Origin: Cyanophyceae cyanobacterium | GTDB lineage: Bacteria > Cyanobacteriota > Cyanobacteriia > Cyanobacteriales > Laspinemataceae | Assembly: GCA_038321985.1 (NCBI GenBank) | Contig: JBBQFN010000001.1 | Location: 288,001-352,000 of the forward strand | Direction: 5' to 3' | DNA: 64,000 nt | Part shown: positions 1 to 10,196 of the stretch, piece by piece | How the letters are laid out: every line of letters begins with the position of its first letter | How positions within the stretch are numbered: position 1 is the stretch's first letter | The notes under the pieces: model-generated | Told to the model about the DNA's origin: nothing | The model's input: only the letters and a program-made list of their open reading frames with translations | Database searches by the model: none | Position numbers and translations under genes: made by a program

Positions 1-75
1 GTGATTCCAGATGCGCTCTTGGTGGGTTAAACTGACAGACATAATTGGCAACAACAACTCAGGCAAGGGTTATCT

Positions 76-2229
76 GTGTCGGAACCGATGGAAGACTGGG
101 AATTTCTGATCCAGAAAGAAGGCGATCGCTCGTGGCTTTCCGTAGAATCTCCAGAAGTGGAAATTCTCGAAGGGCGCTATCGAATGGTTGCGCGTTGTAA
201 CCGGACTAATGTGCCGGTGGAGATTCGGGCGATTTATCAGTCGTCGGAAGAATTTCCGCCGAAGCGTCGGATGCAAAAGCGGGGAACTCGCACTAATGCA
301 GAAGGTTTGATGGTGGTGATTCCGTTTACTCGTCTCAAACCGGGTTTCTGGGATTTTACCTGCTTTCTGGACCAAACAACTCAGGCTTCGATTCGGGTTG
401 AGGTGTTATCCATTGATGAGGAGGGGGATAGCAATTTCCCGGGGAGTCTGACGCCGGGTTTCCAGGAGGGAATGGAATCGGACAGGGAAGAAGAATTTTC
501 GGAAACCGCAGGAGGCGATCGCCTACAAGCAGCAGCCGAAGCAGCAGCCGAAGCAGGGGAAAAGAACCTCCGGAGTGCAGCAGCCTCTCCAGACCCCTCC
601 CTCCCTGGCAATCTTTATCGATTTCCCGATCGCGTCCCCCCAGTGAGTGAACCCGGGACTGTACCGGGCGCTGTAACAGGAGAAGGGTCGGCTGCCCGTC
701 CCCTTCCAGCATCCTTGGATTCGGCAAGTCTTGAACCCTTATCCCCCTCGAAATATCCGGCGCAACCTCAAAGTCTGCCGCCGTTGCAACTAATGTTGCA
801 GCGAGAAACCTATATGGTGAAATGGGGTCAAGTCTTAACCTTAGCGGGGCACATTGAGGCGGTTGATAGGCAGGAGGGCGATCGCATCCCGGGTTTAGAA
901 TTACGGCTGATCCTGCAAAATCCCCAGACGGGAGCACGGATTGTTGAGGTGGGACATCTCCTGTCTGAGGGGACGCTGCCGATGCAATTTACCTCCCCTG
1001 TGGAAATTCCGGCACAGACAAAAAGCCATCTGCTGCTGGGAGAGGTGAGTTTGTATGATGCCAGGGGGACCAGGTTAGGGGCGCGATCGTTTACGATTAC
1101 GGCGGATTTAGATGACTTACTCGGGGCGATTTCCCCAGACTTGAGTGAGGACAAGCTACTAGAGCATTCCCGGGAATCGATTCATCAGCAGAATGTTGAA
1201 GAAATTGATGCCTCGTTTGAGGAAATTCTGGAAACGATTAAAAAGAGTCAACCGATTTCCTTTGAACCCTCGGGACAGCAGGTATTGCCGCCTCAGATTG
1301 TCAAACCCCAGGGAAAAGTACCCCAAGCCGCCAAACCTCTGGATTTGCCGACTTTTAACCGTTCCCAACCTCCAGAAAAGGAGGTTAAACCGCCGGATCC
1401 GGCGATAGCGGCACCGACAGAACCCCAGACAGAAAGCAGCAGGGCTTCAGGGGTTCCGACGGAATTACCCACGGCACCGGAAACTGAGGCAACTGCCCCT
1501 TCCCCGATGGTGAAACCGGAAGGGGAACGAGCTTCTAAACCGGCTTCGCCGGTGGATCGCGCATTTCAATCTCTGCATTTACAGGATCGATTCTTTTCTC
1601 GTTTGAATTCTTTAGCGGGCGATCGCGATTTGTCCGACTGGCTGAAAATTAGTTTTACTCCGGTTTCTGAGGATTCCGAAGAGAATCCGTTTGAGATGGA
1701 TGAGGTATGGGAGACAGCAGAGGGGAACACCCCAGAAAACCGACAAGGAATGCCTACTCAACCGGAGGATATCGACTGGGAGGCACGAGAAATCGTAGTA
1801 GATGATGAACTCGCTGAAGCGCCGGTTTCCAACCCTAACCCTGGGGCTGAAGGTGCTGCACTCCTACTGTTACCGGAAGATCAGCCTGTTCCTAATCCGC
1901 GCCTGACCCTACCCCGGGGAGAATTGAGCGCAGGGCGCTCGGTCAGGGTGGCGGTACAACTGCCCCAGATGTTACCCCGAATTTATGTGAAATTATGGGT
2001 ACTCGATCGCCAAAGTCGGATGGTTCTTGATGGACCCCACTGGTTAACTCAGTTTTGGCCGACGGGATTCGGAGATGTTGAGGGAACCCGGGAATTAATG
2101 GTCCCTTATGGCAGCTTGCAGGTGCAATTTGAGGCGATCGCGGTTGAAATGCAAACCCAGCGTGAGAGTCATAAAGTCTCGATCGAGCGTCAAATTTCCC
2201 CACCAGGTCCACCCAGTTTGCCCTTATAA
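76..2229 (+). CDS. Conserved cyanobacterial hypothetical protein with folded termini and a Pro/Glu-rich middle
   Basis: 717 aa ORF; N-terminus MEDWEFLIQKEGDRSW and C-terminal YVKLW...AIAVEMQTQRESHK resemble a cyanobacterial hypothetical family; function unknown. Confidence 0.7.
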   Translation: MSEPMEDWEFLIQKEGDRSWLSVESPEVEILEGRYRMVARCNRTNVPVEIRAIYQSSEEFPPKRRMQKRGTRTNAEGLMVVIPFTRLKPGFWDFTCFLDQTTQASIRVEVLSIDEEGDSNFPGSLTPGFQEGMESDREEEFSETAGGDRLQAAAEAAAEAGEKNLRSAAASPDPSLPGNLYRFPDRVPPVSEPGTVPGAVTGEGSAARPLPASLDSASLEPLSPSKYPAQPQSLPPLQLMLQRETYMVKWGQVLTLAGHIEAVDRQEGDRIPGLELRLILQNPQTGARIVEVGHLLSEGTLPMQFTSPVEIPAQTKSHLLLGEVSLYDARGTRLGARSFTITADLDDLLGAISPDLSEDKLLEHSRESIHQQNVEEIDASFEEILETIKKSQPISFEPSGQQVLPPQIVKPQGKVPQAAKPLDLPTFNRSQPPEKEVKPPDPAIAAPTEPQTESSRASGVPTELPTAPETEATAPSPMVKPEGERASKPASPVDRAFQSLHLQDRFFSRLNSLAGDRDLSDWLKISFTPVSEDSEENPFEMDEVWETAEGNTPENRQGMPTQPEDIDWEAREIVVDDELAEAPVSNPNPGAEGAALLLLPEDQPVPNPRLTLPRGELSAGRSVRVAVQLPQMLPRIYVKLWVLDRQSRMVLDGPHWLTQFWPTGFGDVEGTRELMVPYGSLQVQFEAIAVEMQTQRESHKVSIERQISPPGPPSLPL

Positions 2230-2307
2230 ACGGGTTGAAAGGGAAATGATGAGATTTGGGTTGTTGCGATCGCCACCAAAAATCTGCCAATCCTACGAAC
2301 GGGGGAA

Positions 2308-2334
2308 TAACGACTGAAGTCGTTACTACAAACC
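2308..2334. repeat. REP-like short dispersed palindrome TAACGACTGAAGTCGTTACTACAAAC
   Basis: Hairpin TAACGAC/GTCGTTA followed by CTAC (GTAG foot on the other strand); related hairpin at 5049-5092. Confidence 0.6.
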
Positions 2335-2430
2335 CGGGGATAACTGTTTTCTCTTTAGTTGGCGCAGGAGAGGCTCGGTTTGTAATAGTTTCACCCTAAA
2401 GGGTGCGGGTTTTTTAGGAATAACTGGAAT

Positions 2431-2467
2431 AAAAATACCGCCTGCTATAAAGTGGGCGGCATTTTTA
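2431..2467. terminator. Likely bidirectional intrinsic terminator between the first ORF and psbJ
   Basis: AAAAATACCGCCTGCT-ATAA-AGTGGGCGGCATTTTT: GC stem flanked by A and T tracts, between convergent genes. Confidence 0.65.
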
Positions 2468-2549
2468 TGATTGATGGTTAGAGTTTAGAGTTTAACCTAG
2501 GTTTTTTGTCCAAATCTAGCATCGACTCTTGTACAGATAGGACCGAAGC

Positions 2550-2669
2550 CTACATGGAGGAACCTACTCCAACGTAGGCACCGTAGAAGAACAGACCCAC
2601 AACAGTCAGAACACCCATCCCAGCGATGGTACCGACAATCCATAAAGGAATTCTTGTTTCTCCAGACAT
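2550..2669 (-). CDS. psbJ: Photosystem II protein J
   Basis: Manual translation [39 protein letters not shown]; last gene of psbEFLJ; below the ORF-track cutoff. Confidence 0.97.
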   Translation of the reverse strand: MSGETRIPLWIVGTIAGMGVLTVVGLFFYGAYVGVGSSM

Positions 2670-2738
2670 CAAACTTGCCTCCCCATTAAGAAATTACGGA
2701 TTTGGTTAAATCAACTCAAACTAGACAAACTTTACCAG

Positions 2739-2861
2739 TTAGTTAAAGAAATAACTGGAAAACAGAATTCCGAGAACGAAGACCAGAAGTAAGCCCAAGT
2801 ACAGGGAAGTACGGTTGAGTTCAACAGGCTGTTTGTTTGGATTAGAACTACGGGATGGCAT
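2739..2861 (-). CDS. psbL: Photosystem II protein L
   Basis: Manual translation [40 protein letters not shown]. Confidence 0.97.
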   Translation of the reverse strand: MPSRSSNPNKQPVELNRTSLYLGLLLVFVLGILFSSYFFN

Positions 2862-2876
2862 TGGCTTCTCCTGAAC

Positions 2877-3017
<141 letters not shown>

Positions 3018-3035
3018 CTACCTCCTGAAATTTAT

Positions 3036-3287
3036 TTACTTAATCATCAAATCGTTAATCTGTTGTTTCGCATTAAAGCGATCTTGAACGATCGGCACTT
3101 CCAGCCGTTCTTGGCTGAAATATTCGTTCGGACGAGGGGTGCCAAAAGCATCGTAGGCCAAACCCGTGCTCACAAACAGCCAACCGGCGATAAATAATGC
3201 CGGAATGGTGATGCTGTGAATTACCCAGTAGCGAATGCTGGTAACAATATCGGAAAACGGACGCTCTCCTGTCGATCCTGTAGACAT
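3036..3287 (-). CDS. psbE: Cytochrome b559 alpha subunit
   Basis: [29 protein letters not shown] motif. Confidence 0.98.
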   Translation of the reverse strand: MSTGSTGERPFSDIVTSIRYWVIHSITIPALFIAGWLFVSTGLAYDAFGTPRPNEYFSQERLEVPIVQDRFNAKQQINDLMIK

Positions 3288-3428
3288 TCAGATTCCTCCT
3301 TAAACAACGCGCGAAAATCTTAATCTATGATACAAAACTTTAGAAACCATCACAAGAGAGTTGGCGGAATAAAATCCTCAACCCTTGCGATCGCCCGGTT
3401 ACCCTAGTTGGATATAAATGGGCTGAAG

Positions 3429-4442
3429 TTAAGCGGGTTGTTGCGCCCCTTCATATTTCAGCAGAATCCCCTGCTGACCGATCGCAAAACCCATGTCTCC
3501 ATTTAGGAATAGGATTTTGTAAAAGTTAGAAGGTACATTTTCCACATCCCGGTCCTTTTCCCAGGTTCTGCCGCCATCGATACTCCGCAGTAAATTGGCA
3601 CTACCGCCACCAATCCACAGTTCATCCGGGGTCCGATACGCTAAATCCAACAGTCCCCAACTTGTGGAAAATTCAGGATAGATCGCTTCGTCCCAGTTTT
3701 CCGGATCCTCGGGAGTGCTAAATTGCAACTGACCACCCCGCGCTAGCATCCACAGGCGACCATCAGCGGTAAATCCCATATTTTGGATGCGTCGGGAACT
3801 ATTGCGATTATGGGGGACCCACGCACTTTGACCCGGTTCCCACATCGAGAAGAAGTTTCCCTTAGCAGAAACGGCGATATATTTACCGTCAGCCGAGCGA
3901 TTGAGATTTCGGATCACTCCGACAGCCTCTTCCACCATTGCCTTCCAGGTTTTTCCGCCGTCTTCCGTGCGATAAATCGCCCCTACATTGGTCGTCATCT
4001 CCGCTGATTTGGAACCGAGAGCGACAATGGTTAAAGGATTACCCGGCAGCTTATCGCTGAGTAGAATTTGTTCCCAAGATTTTCCCGTATCTGTAGTATG
4101 CAGCAAAATTGAAGGCTCACCCACAATCCATCCTTCGGTCCCGGCAAAACTCACCGAGTTCAGACGAGATCGTTGGTCATCCAAACCCAACTGTTTGAGT
4201 TCCCAGGTTTCGCCACCGTCTGCGGTTTCTAGCAGGGTGGCTTCACTGCCGACTAACCATCCATGCTGAAGGTCCTTGGTAAAACTAATATCATTCAGGC
4301 TAGCTTCTGTGGGTAAAGGGACGACCTTCCAAGGGTTGTAACTCACAGATGGAATTTTGCTGCAACTGACACAGAGTAGGACAACCGCAAGCAATGTAAC
4401 AATTCGTTTCAAACTTTTTAAGATGGAGTCCATCACCTTCAC
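3429..4442 (-). CDS. ycf48: PSII assembly factor Ycf48/HCF136 (lipoprotein, beta-propeller)
   Basis: Lipobox-like CVSC, repeated TxDGGxTW (BNR) motifs, HNRNSSRRIQNMGF; directly upstream of psbE. Confidence 0.95.
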   Translation of the reverse strand: MKVMDSILKSLKRIVTLLAVVLLCVSCSKIPSVSYNPWKVVPLPTEASLNDISFTKDLQHGWLVGSEATLLETADGGETWELKQLGLDDQRSRLNSVSFAGTEGWIVGEPSILLHTTDTGKSWEQILLSDKLPGNPLTIVALGSKSAEMTTNVGAIYRTEDGGKTWKAMVEEAVGVIRNLNRSADGKYIAVSAKGNFFSMWEPGQSAWVPHNRNSSRRIQNMGFTADGRLWMLARGGQLQFSTPEDPENWDEAIYPEFSTSWGLLDLAYRTPDELWIGGGSANLLRSIDGGRTWEKDRDVENVPSNFYKILFLNGDMGFAIGQQGILLKYEGAQQPA

Positions 4443-4572
4443 AATCTATCTATTTCTCAATCATGAACGGGGGTAACACCCAACGAAATCGGGAGATCGC
4501 CCCAGTAGCTGCTGCGGCTTCTAGCTTGGTGTAAGGGGTTTAGGCGACTCCGTGGGAGTACCTATTGGCTCC

Positions 4573-4917
4573 TTAACGTAAACCATACAAACTCAGAAAA
4601 AAGATGAACCCTAGTGCCAACGCACTAAAAATCAACAGATTCTTTTGTGATCCGCTCAGGGTATTGGCCCCAAACCCGAAACCGTAATTTTCCTTAAATC
4701 CCGAAGCAGTCCCTTTGGGTCCAATGTTGCTAAATTGTGCGGGTTTTGCCCCGCAAACTGGGCAGCGCCAACTCAGGGGGACTTCCGAAAAAGCTGTTTC
4801 AGGAGCAATTTTACGGCCATCGCCCTTCTCAGGTTCATAAACATAGCCGCATGAGCGGCATTCGTACTGATCTAGTTCTTGAGGTTGAACCGCTTCTTCA
4901 GTGTTCATTGCGCTCAA
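4573..4917 (-). CDS. rubA: Membrane-anchored rubredoxin
   Basis: YECRSCGYVY...WRCPVCG plus a C-terminal TM helix; conserved position before ycf48; start uncertain (TTG 4917 or ATG 4908). Confidence 0.93.
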   Translation of the reverse strand: MSAMNTEEAVQPQELDQYECRSCGYVYEPEKGDGRKIAPETAFSEVPLSWRCPVCGAKPAQFSNIGPKGTASGFKENYGFGFGANTLSGSQKNLLIFSALALGFIFFLSLYGLR

Positions 4918-5048
4918 AGGATGGAAAGGTCGAAACATTAAAACGATGTTAAAGATTATGACATAGAGTGCAGCGCTTTCCATCGGTAACCATTACCGCC
5001 TCTCAAATCTTCGCGATCGCCCTCTAAACTGGCTCCATGCCCCATTCT

Positions 5049-5092
5049 TTCCGGTTTGGGGTCACAACTTCAGTCGTGACACCAAACCGGAA
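5049..5092. repeat. Palindromic hairpin in the rubA/ndhC divergent region
   Basis: TTCCGGTTTGGGGTCAC-AACTTCAGTC-GTGACACCAAACCGGAA; core ACTTCAGTCGT matches the 2308 element on the reverse strand. Confidence 0.55.
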
Positions 5093-5214
5093 CAAAGAAA
5101 CCTGCCCCTTTGTGGTCTCCACCAGGAGTGAACAGTTCTCTTCGCGGCTGCCTCCATAATTATGTAAAAATGTAAACCAGTCGTACAAATCCTATCTGGC
5201 TAGAGTTACTTATT

Positions 5215-5577
5215 GTGTTTGTCCTTAGCGGCTACGAATATCTCCTGGGTTTCCTGTTAGTTTGCAGTCTAGTCCCGATCCTGGCCCTCAGTACATCGAG
5301 ATTATTAAGACCTAAAGCAACCTCTCCCGAACGGCGAACCACTTATGAATCCGGCGTCGAACCCATTGGCGGAGCATGGATCCAGTTTAATATCCGCTAC
5401 TATATGTTTGCCCTCGTCTTTGTTGTCTTTGATGTTGAGACCGTCTTTCTGTATCCCTGGGCTGTAGCATTCCACCGACTCGGAGTGTTGGCATTTATTG
5501 AAGCCCTCATTTTTATCGCAATCCTCGTGATTGCTCTCGTGTATGCATGGCGTAAAGGAGCCCTAGAATGGTCATGA
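5215..5577 (+). CDS. ndhC: NDH-1 subunit 3
   Basis: [34 protein letters not shown]. Confidence 0.97.
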   Translation: MFVLSGYEYLLGFLLVCSLVPILALSTSRLLRPKATSPERRTTYESGVEPIGGAWIQFNIRYYMFALVFVVFDVETVFLYPWAVAFHRLGVLAFIEALIFIAILVIALVYAWRKGALEWS

Positions 5578-6302
5578 AATCTAATTCAACTCCCTCGAAT
5601 CTGAGTGAAGGACGGCTCATCAACCCCATCGCCAGACCAGAAGTCACTCAAGAACTCTCCGAAAATGTCATCCTCACCACCGTTGATGACCTTTATAACT
5701 GGGCCAGATTGTCTAGTCTGTGGCCCCTAATGTACGGCACTGCCTGCTGTTTCATCGAATTTGCGGCGCTGATCGGTTCCCGCTTTGACTTTGATCGCTT
5801 TGGGTTGGTCCCCCGTTCCAGTCCCCGCCAAGCCGATTTAATTATTACCGCCGGCACAATTACCATGAAATACGCACCGATTTTGGTGCGTCTGTATGAA
5901 CAAATGCCGGAACCTAAATATGTAATCGCTATGGGCGCTTGCACGATTACAGGCGGAATGTTCTCAGCGGATTCGCCGACCGCAGTGCGTGGAGTGGATA
6001 AGCTGATTCCCGTGGATGTCTATATGCCGGGATGTCCTCCGCGTCCCGAAGCCATTATCGATGCGATTATCAAACTTCGCAAGAAAATCGCCAACGATTC
6101 GATGCAGGAACGGGGTCAGATTCAGCAATCCCACCGCTTCTATACTCGCCAGCACAATATGAAGGCGGTTGACCCAATTTTGACGGGGACTTATTTGCAG
6201 TCTGCCACCCGCCAAACGCCACCGAAGGAATTAACGGAGGCGATCGGAATGCCAATACCCCCAGCCCTCAAAGCCAGCCAGAAGGAGGAAAACCGTGCCT
6301 GA
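5568..6302 (+). CDS. ndhK: NDH-1 subunit K
   Basis: [13 protein letters not shown] and PGCPPRPE Fe-S motifs. Confidence 0.97.
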   Translation: MVMKSNSTPSNLSEGRLINPIARPEVTQELSENVILTTVDDLYNWARLSSLWPLMYGTACCFIEFAALIGSRFDFDRFGLVPRSSPRQADLIITAGTITMKYAPILVRLYEQMPEPKYVIAMGACTITGGMFSADSPTAVRGVDKLIPVDVYMPGCPPRPEAIIDAIIKLRKKIANDSMQERGQIQQSHRFYTRQHNMKAVDPILTGTYLQSATRQTPPKELTEAIGMPIPPALKASQKEENRA

Positions 6303-6819
6303 AAAGAAGAAAGAAAGCCAAGGTTCCGAGGAAAAGCTGGTACCAACGGGTAAAGTTTCTAAGTGGTTGACCGACAATGGCTTTCAACATGAAGCGTTAG
6401 AAGCGGATCATCTCGGAGTAGAAATCCTGAAGGTAGATGCCCAATTTTTGATTCCGTTGTCTACGGCGTTGTATGCTTACGGATTCAATTACCTTCAGTG
6501 TCAGTGCGGTTATGATCCGGGTCCGGGGCAAGAATTAGTGAGTATGTATCACTTAATTAAGGTCTCGGACAATGCCGATCGCCCCGATGAAGTTCGCATC
6601 AAAGTGTTCCTACCCCGGGAAAATCCCAGCGTGCCATCGGTCTATTGGATCTGGAAAGCGGCGGATTTCCAGGAACGGGAAACCTATGATATGTACGGCA
6701 TTGTTTATGAAGGACATCCGAATTTGAAGCGGATTTTGATGCCAGAAGATTGGATCGGCTGGCCGTTACGAAAAGATTATATTTCCCCTGAATTTTACGA
6801 GTTGCAAGAAGCGTACTAA
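6295..6819 (+). CDS. ndhJ: NDH-1 subunit J
   Basis: [36 protein letters not shown]. Confidence 0.97.
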   Translation: MPEKKKESQGSEEKLVPTGKVSKWLTDNGFQHEALEADHLGVEILKVDAQFLIPLSTALYAYGFNYLQCQCGYDPGPGQELVSMYHLIKVSDNADRPDEVRIKVFLPRENPSVPSVYWIWKAADFQERETYDMYGIVYEGHPNLKRILMPEDWIGWPLRKDYISPEFYELQEAY

Positions 6820-6848
6820 ACTTGGGGAAAATTTCCAGGATGAAAATG

Positions 6849-6881
6849 CCCTCCTTTGGAATAAGGAGGGTTTTATTTTTT
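6849..6881 (+). terminator. Intrinsic terminator after ndhJ
   Basis: CCCTCCTT-TGGAAT-AAGGAGGG followed by a T-rich tract. Confidence 0.75.
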
Positions 6882-6957
6882 GTGGGGTATTTTCCAGGGT
6901 TACTCTAAGGCGATCGGCTTATTCTTGTCCTCTTTATTTTGGATGTCTCTCAAGTAA

Positions 6958-7126
6958 TACGGAATCCGCTGTTCAAAGGTCTATAAAACCCCACACTTTG
7001 AGAAAATCGTTGTTTCTTGTAGGGGCGCAATGCGCAGGCCCTCCTACGGCCGCAAGCATTGCGCCCCTACTATAAATAGACTTGGCGCGGCTTGTTTTTA
7101 TAGACCTCTCAGTACCGTATTTCGTA
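6958..7126. mobile_element. MITE/REPIN-like non-autonomous element with about 32 bp imperfect TIRs and an internal GTAG REP doublet
   Basis: Left TACGGAATCCGCTGTTCAAAGGTCTATAAAAC versus right (rc) TACGAAATACGGTACTGAGAGGTCTATAAAAAC; internal GTAGGGGCGCAATGC...GCATTGCGCCCCTAC (7019-7070); TAA on both flanks. Confidence 0.65.
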
Positions 7127-7295
7127 TAAACGGCGATCGTACAGTAACAGAGAACCCTTTGCCAATCCGTGACGATTTTCAATTCATATTCTAATAAAAT
7201 AAACTCTTTTGTGGGTCAAGAAAACGGCTAGGCTGCGTCAAACTGATATCTGATTAATTAACCCCATAATTTAAGTTATTGACGCGCCATTTTAC

Positions 7296-8213
7296 CTATT
7301 CTTCCCGAATAAAGGGCGCGATCGCCTGGACAAATTCTGCTGTAGATTCATAGGGTAAAACGTTTCGTCCGTTAATTTTTACCCCCTTTCCATTTGGCAA
7401 GGCGTTTAAATAAGCTGCCAGTCGTTCATCGGGGGTTTCCTTTAACCCTTCCCGGCTGATATTAGAGGTATTTTGTCCAATCACAACTAAAGTAGGCTGG
7501 TGAATACTGGCGATCGCACTTTGGTAGTTTTCCCGCCAAAAGCCAGCTAAAAATGCAAATACCGCATGGCGACTCTCCAGATTTGCCGCCCCTTTTTCCA
7601 ACATATTCAGCCAATTCTCATCTACAGAGTTGGGATTTTCAAAGAGTTGTTTAATAGAAAACGACTTCAAAAATTTCCGAGTGCGGGCATATCGATAAAA
7701 TGCCGTTCCCAACGGGGTATCAAATAACAAATTCCAGCGGAGTTTATTTTGTACGGGTGACCCTTCTCGGCTCATAATTTTCCACCCCGGCGGACCGGAT
7801 AATACCAGCTTTTTAATCCATCGAGTTTCCCCTTCCGGTAATTCTTTTTCCAGTTGCACTAATTTAATCGCAACCGGAAATAATGCCCCTTGGGTGACAA
7901 TAATTACAGGCTTTTTAACAACAGTTTTGATAAAATATAAGACTTGTTCAGCCCAATCTTGAGGAGTATAAGTCACCCGAGGCATTTCGCTATCACCACA
8001 TCCGAGCAAATCCGGATTGTAAATAGGGTTAGTTTGTCCCGCTTGATACCACTCTTGGCAAAACCGATACCAAAAATTACCGGATAAACCAACACCGATG
8101 GGATGGATTAAGACTAGGGGGATGTTCTGGTCATCGGGATGATAAACTTGATAGGCAGACTGGTAATTTTTCCAGGTATAAAACTGGGTTTGGGGTGGGG
8201 ATTCAATGGGCAT
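7296..8213 (-). CDS. Alpha/beta hydrolase-fold protein with a non-canonical active site
   Basis: PLVLIHPIG and DLLGCGDS motifs; nucleophile elbow reads VTQGAL. Confidence 0.8.
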   Translation of the reverse strand: MPIESPPQTQFYTWKNYQSAYQVYHPDDQNIPLVLIHPIGVGLSGNFWYRFCQEWYQAGQTNPIYNPDLLGCGDSEMPRVTYTPQDWAEQVLYFIKTVVKKPVIIVTQGALFPVAIKLVQLEKELPEGETRWIKKLVLSGPPGWKIMSREGSPVQNKLRWNLLFDTPLGTAFYRYARTRKFLKSFSIKQLFENPNSVDENWLNMLEKGAANLESRHAVFAFLAGFWRENYQSAIASIHQPTLVVIGQNTSNISREGLKETPDERLAAYLNALPNGKGVKINGRNVLPYESTAEFVQAIAPFIREE

Positions 8214-8282
8214 ACTATTTTTATAATGCTGAGTTAGGGATTACACAAAGGGGAAAGGACCACGGATGAATTAGGTAGTGCC

Positions 8283-8594
8283 CTAATCTACAGAAACTGC
8301 ATCCACATCAACGGTTTGAGTTTGAGTGGTGGATGAATCCGAATTAACTTCACCTTGGGCATTGTTTGGATTTAAACTTTGCCTCCATTCGGTGAACAGT
8401 TCTGAAATGCCGCCCACAAATAGAAACAGCAGGGCAACATCATCCAGTTGTCCTAAAATAGGGATAAAATCTGGGGAAATATCAATGGGGCTAATCAGAT
8501 AAAACAAACTTGCCCAAATGACAGTCCAGCGATATTTAGGGTTGCGCAGGACACTGCGATATAATGTAGAAATAATGGCGACGGGAAATTTCAT
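8283..8594 (-). CDS. YkvA/DUF1232 family membrane protein
   Basis: YLISPIDISPDFIPILGQLDD signature. Confidence 0.9.
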   Translation of the reverse strand: MKFPVAIISTLYRSVLRNPKYRWTVIWASLFYLISPIDISPDFIPILGQLDDVALLFLFVGGISELFTEWRQSLNPNNAQGEVNSDSSTTQTQTVDVDAVSVD

Positions 8595-8738
8595 TCACTA
8601 CCTACGTTATAACAATTTTAAGAGGTTAACTTTCTCTGATTATAGACCAAAAGTTGCCCAGTTTGGAGGGAGTGAAGAGTTGGAGGGAGAGGTTTCTCGG
8701 TCCCTTGTCCTTCAACTCTTCACGTTTCACGGATTAGA

Positions 8739-10085
8739 TTATATACTATCAGTAGTGCTAGTGAAGTTAAAGGCTTTGACGCGCACACCGGGAACGACAC
8801 TACCGCCAAAGCGTTGCACAGTGGTGAGGGCATCCACATCCCGCAACATTTCGGGTAAACTTTGATTAAAACGCAGGTTTTCGATGGGATAGGCAATTGC
8901 TCCATCTTCAATCCAGAATGTACCATCCCGGGTCATTCCGGTAACTTCTAAGGTGCGCGGATTGATATAGCGCACATACCAAGCCCGACTAACCAGGATG
9001 CCTTGTTGAGTTTGGGCAATTAAGTCGGCTATACTTGCCTCCCCACCTGTCATGGCAATGGGATACATCATCCCGGTGGGTTGTTTGTCTTGCTGTTGCG
9101 CCCAATATCGACTGTAGGAGAGGGTTTGGGGAATACCTTTTGTGATGATATCCAGAGGATTATTACTCAATCCATCATCAAAAAAAGTGCCTGCCTGCAA
9201 TAAGGGATGGGCGGGATTACGCTGGACTTGTACCAAGGGGCTAAACATTGTTTCTCCGACGCGATTGCCTGCGGATTTTCCGGCTGCATCGGTATGCGAC
9301 ATAAACGATCGCCCTTCATCTGCTGCCCGTGCATCCAGATTCCAAATCAGCCAAGGCAGTAAGTCTGCAAAAGCTGCTGCATCAAAGATGACGGGATAAA
9401 CACCGGGTTTGATTTTGCGGGGAGACTGCGAGGCAAGAGAACGGGCGATCGCCTGTTCAGTCATTTCGGCGATCGGTAAGCGCTCAATTGCAAAAGCAGT
9501 GCGACGATTCCAACTCGATCCCTTGCTAATTTTAGCAGTTAAGCTGAAATCTGCCTCAGTTGTGCGATCGCTTGCCAATATCCCCAAAGAATTGCCGATC
9601 GCCCGAATCGTGGCAGAAACACTCAGGGTCCCCGAACTTTCTACCCCTGATTGTGCTGCCTTCTCACAAACTTGTTTGACCATTTCTCCTCGCCGCAGGG
9701 GAGAAACCGTGGCAGTAGCATCATCAAAGGCAGGAATCCGGCGATCGTAGGGTTGCGGTTCCAGGAGAGGAACCCACTCCGGGTCCTCGGGGGCAATTCG
9801 GGCGAGTTCTTCGGATTGGCGCAGGGTTGTGGCGATCGCCTCCGGATCTTCTTCAGAAGTAGACGCCGAAGCACTCCGCTTGCCAAAATAACTGGTAATC
9901 GTGAGATTAAACCGATTGCGACTAATATTCTGGGTAATTTGATTCTCGGAAAACCGACTCAGGGAAGATTCCCCATCACTCAGACTCACAAAAACGCCTT
10001 CTGCTTGGGATTGCTTCAGGGTCGATTCCACCAAGGATAAAGCTTGGTCCTCACTCATTAAAATGGGGGCAGTTGCTGGGGTCAT
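8739..10085 (-). CDS. TldD/PmbA family protein, non-catalytic TldE-like subunit
   Basis: SRFSENQITQN, TGMTRDGTFWIEDG...RFN; no HExxxH motif. Confidence 0.88.
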   Translation of the reverse strand: MTPATAPILMSEDQALSLVESTLKQSQAEGVFVSLSDGESSLSRFSENQITQNISRNRFNLTITSYFGKRSASASTSEEDPEAIATTLRQSEELARIAPEDPEWVPLLEPQPYDRRIPAFDDATATVSPLRRGEMVKQVCEKAAQSGVESSGTLSVSATIRAIGNSLGILASDRTTEADFSLTAKISKGSSWNRRTAFAIERLPIAEMTEQAIARSLASQSPRKIKPGVYPVIFDAAAFADLLPWLIWNLDARAADEGRSFMSHTDAAGKSAGNRVGETMFSPLVQVQRNPAHPLLQAGTFFDDGLSNNPLDIITKGIPQTLSYSRYWAQQQDKQPTGMMYPIAMTGGEASIADLIAQTQQGILVSRAWYVRYINPRTLEVTGMTRDGTFWIEDGAIAYPIENLRFNQSLPEMLRDVDALTTVQRFGGSVVPGVRVKAFNFTSTTDSI

Positions 10086-10121
10086 AAGCGTTTTAGAGTT
10101 TAGATTTTATATTATATTTTA

Positions 10122-10196
10122 TCACTTGGGATGAGATTCCCCCGAAACCATATATTTAATCAAAACATTCATATCTAAACAAAGGGTTTTACTCAT
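10122..10196 (-). pseudogene. Truncated VapC (PIN domain) toxin remnant
   Basis: Overlaps the antitoxin stop (ATGAGTAA); reads MSKTLCLDMNVLIKYMVSGESHPK*, resembling the first strand and helix of a PIN domain. Confidence 0.7.

Noticed and set aside
528..556. 12 bp tandem repeat GAAGCAGCAGCC
   Set aside because: Explained by the AAAE linker repeat in the first ORF
356..937. Long antisense ORFs such as this one and those at 20290-20817 and 37169-37618
   Set aside because: Shadow frames of confidently called genes, with no motifs of their own
5161..5185. TGTAAA repeat as an RpaB HLR1 site, or GTA...TAC as an NtcA site, upstream of ndhC
   Set aside because: The repeat period is 8 rather than 10, and the GTA-TAC spacer is 9 rather than 8
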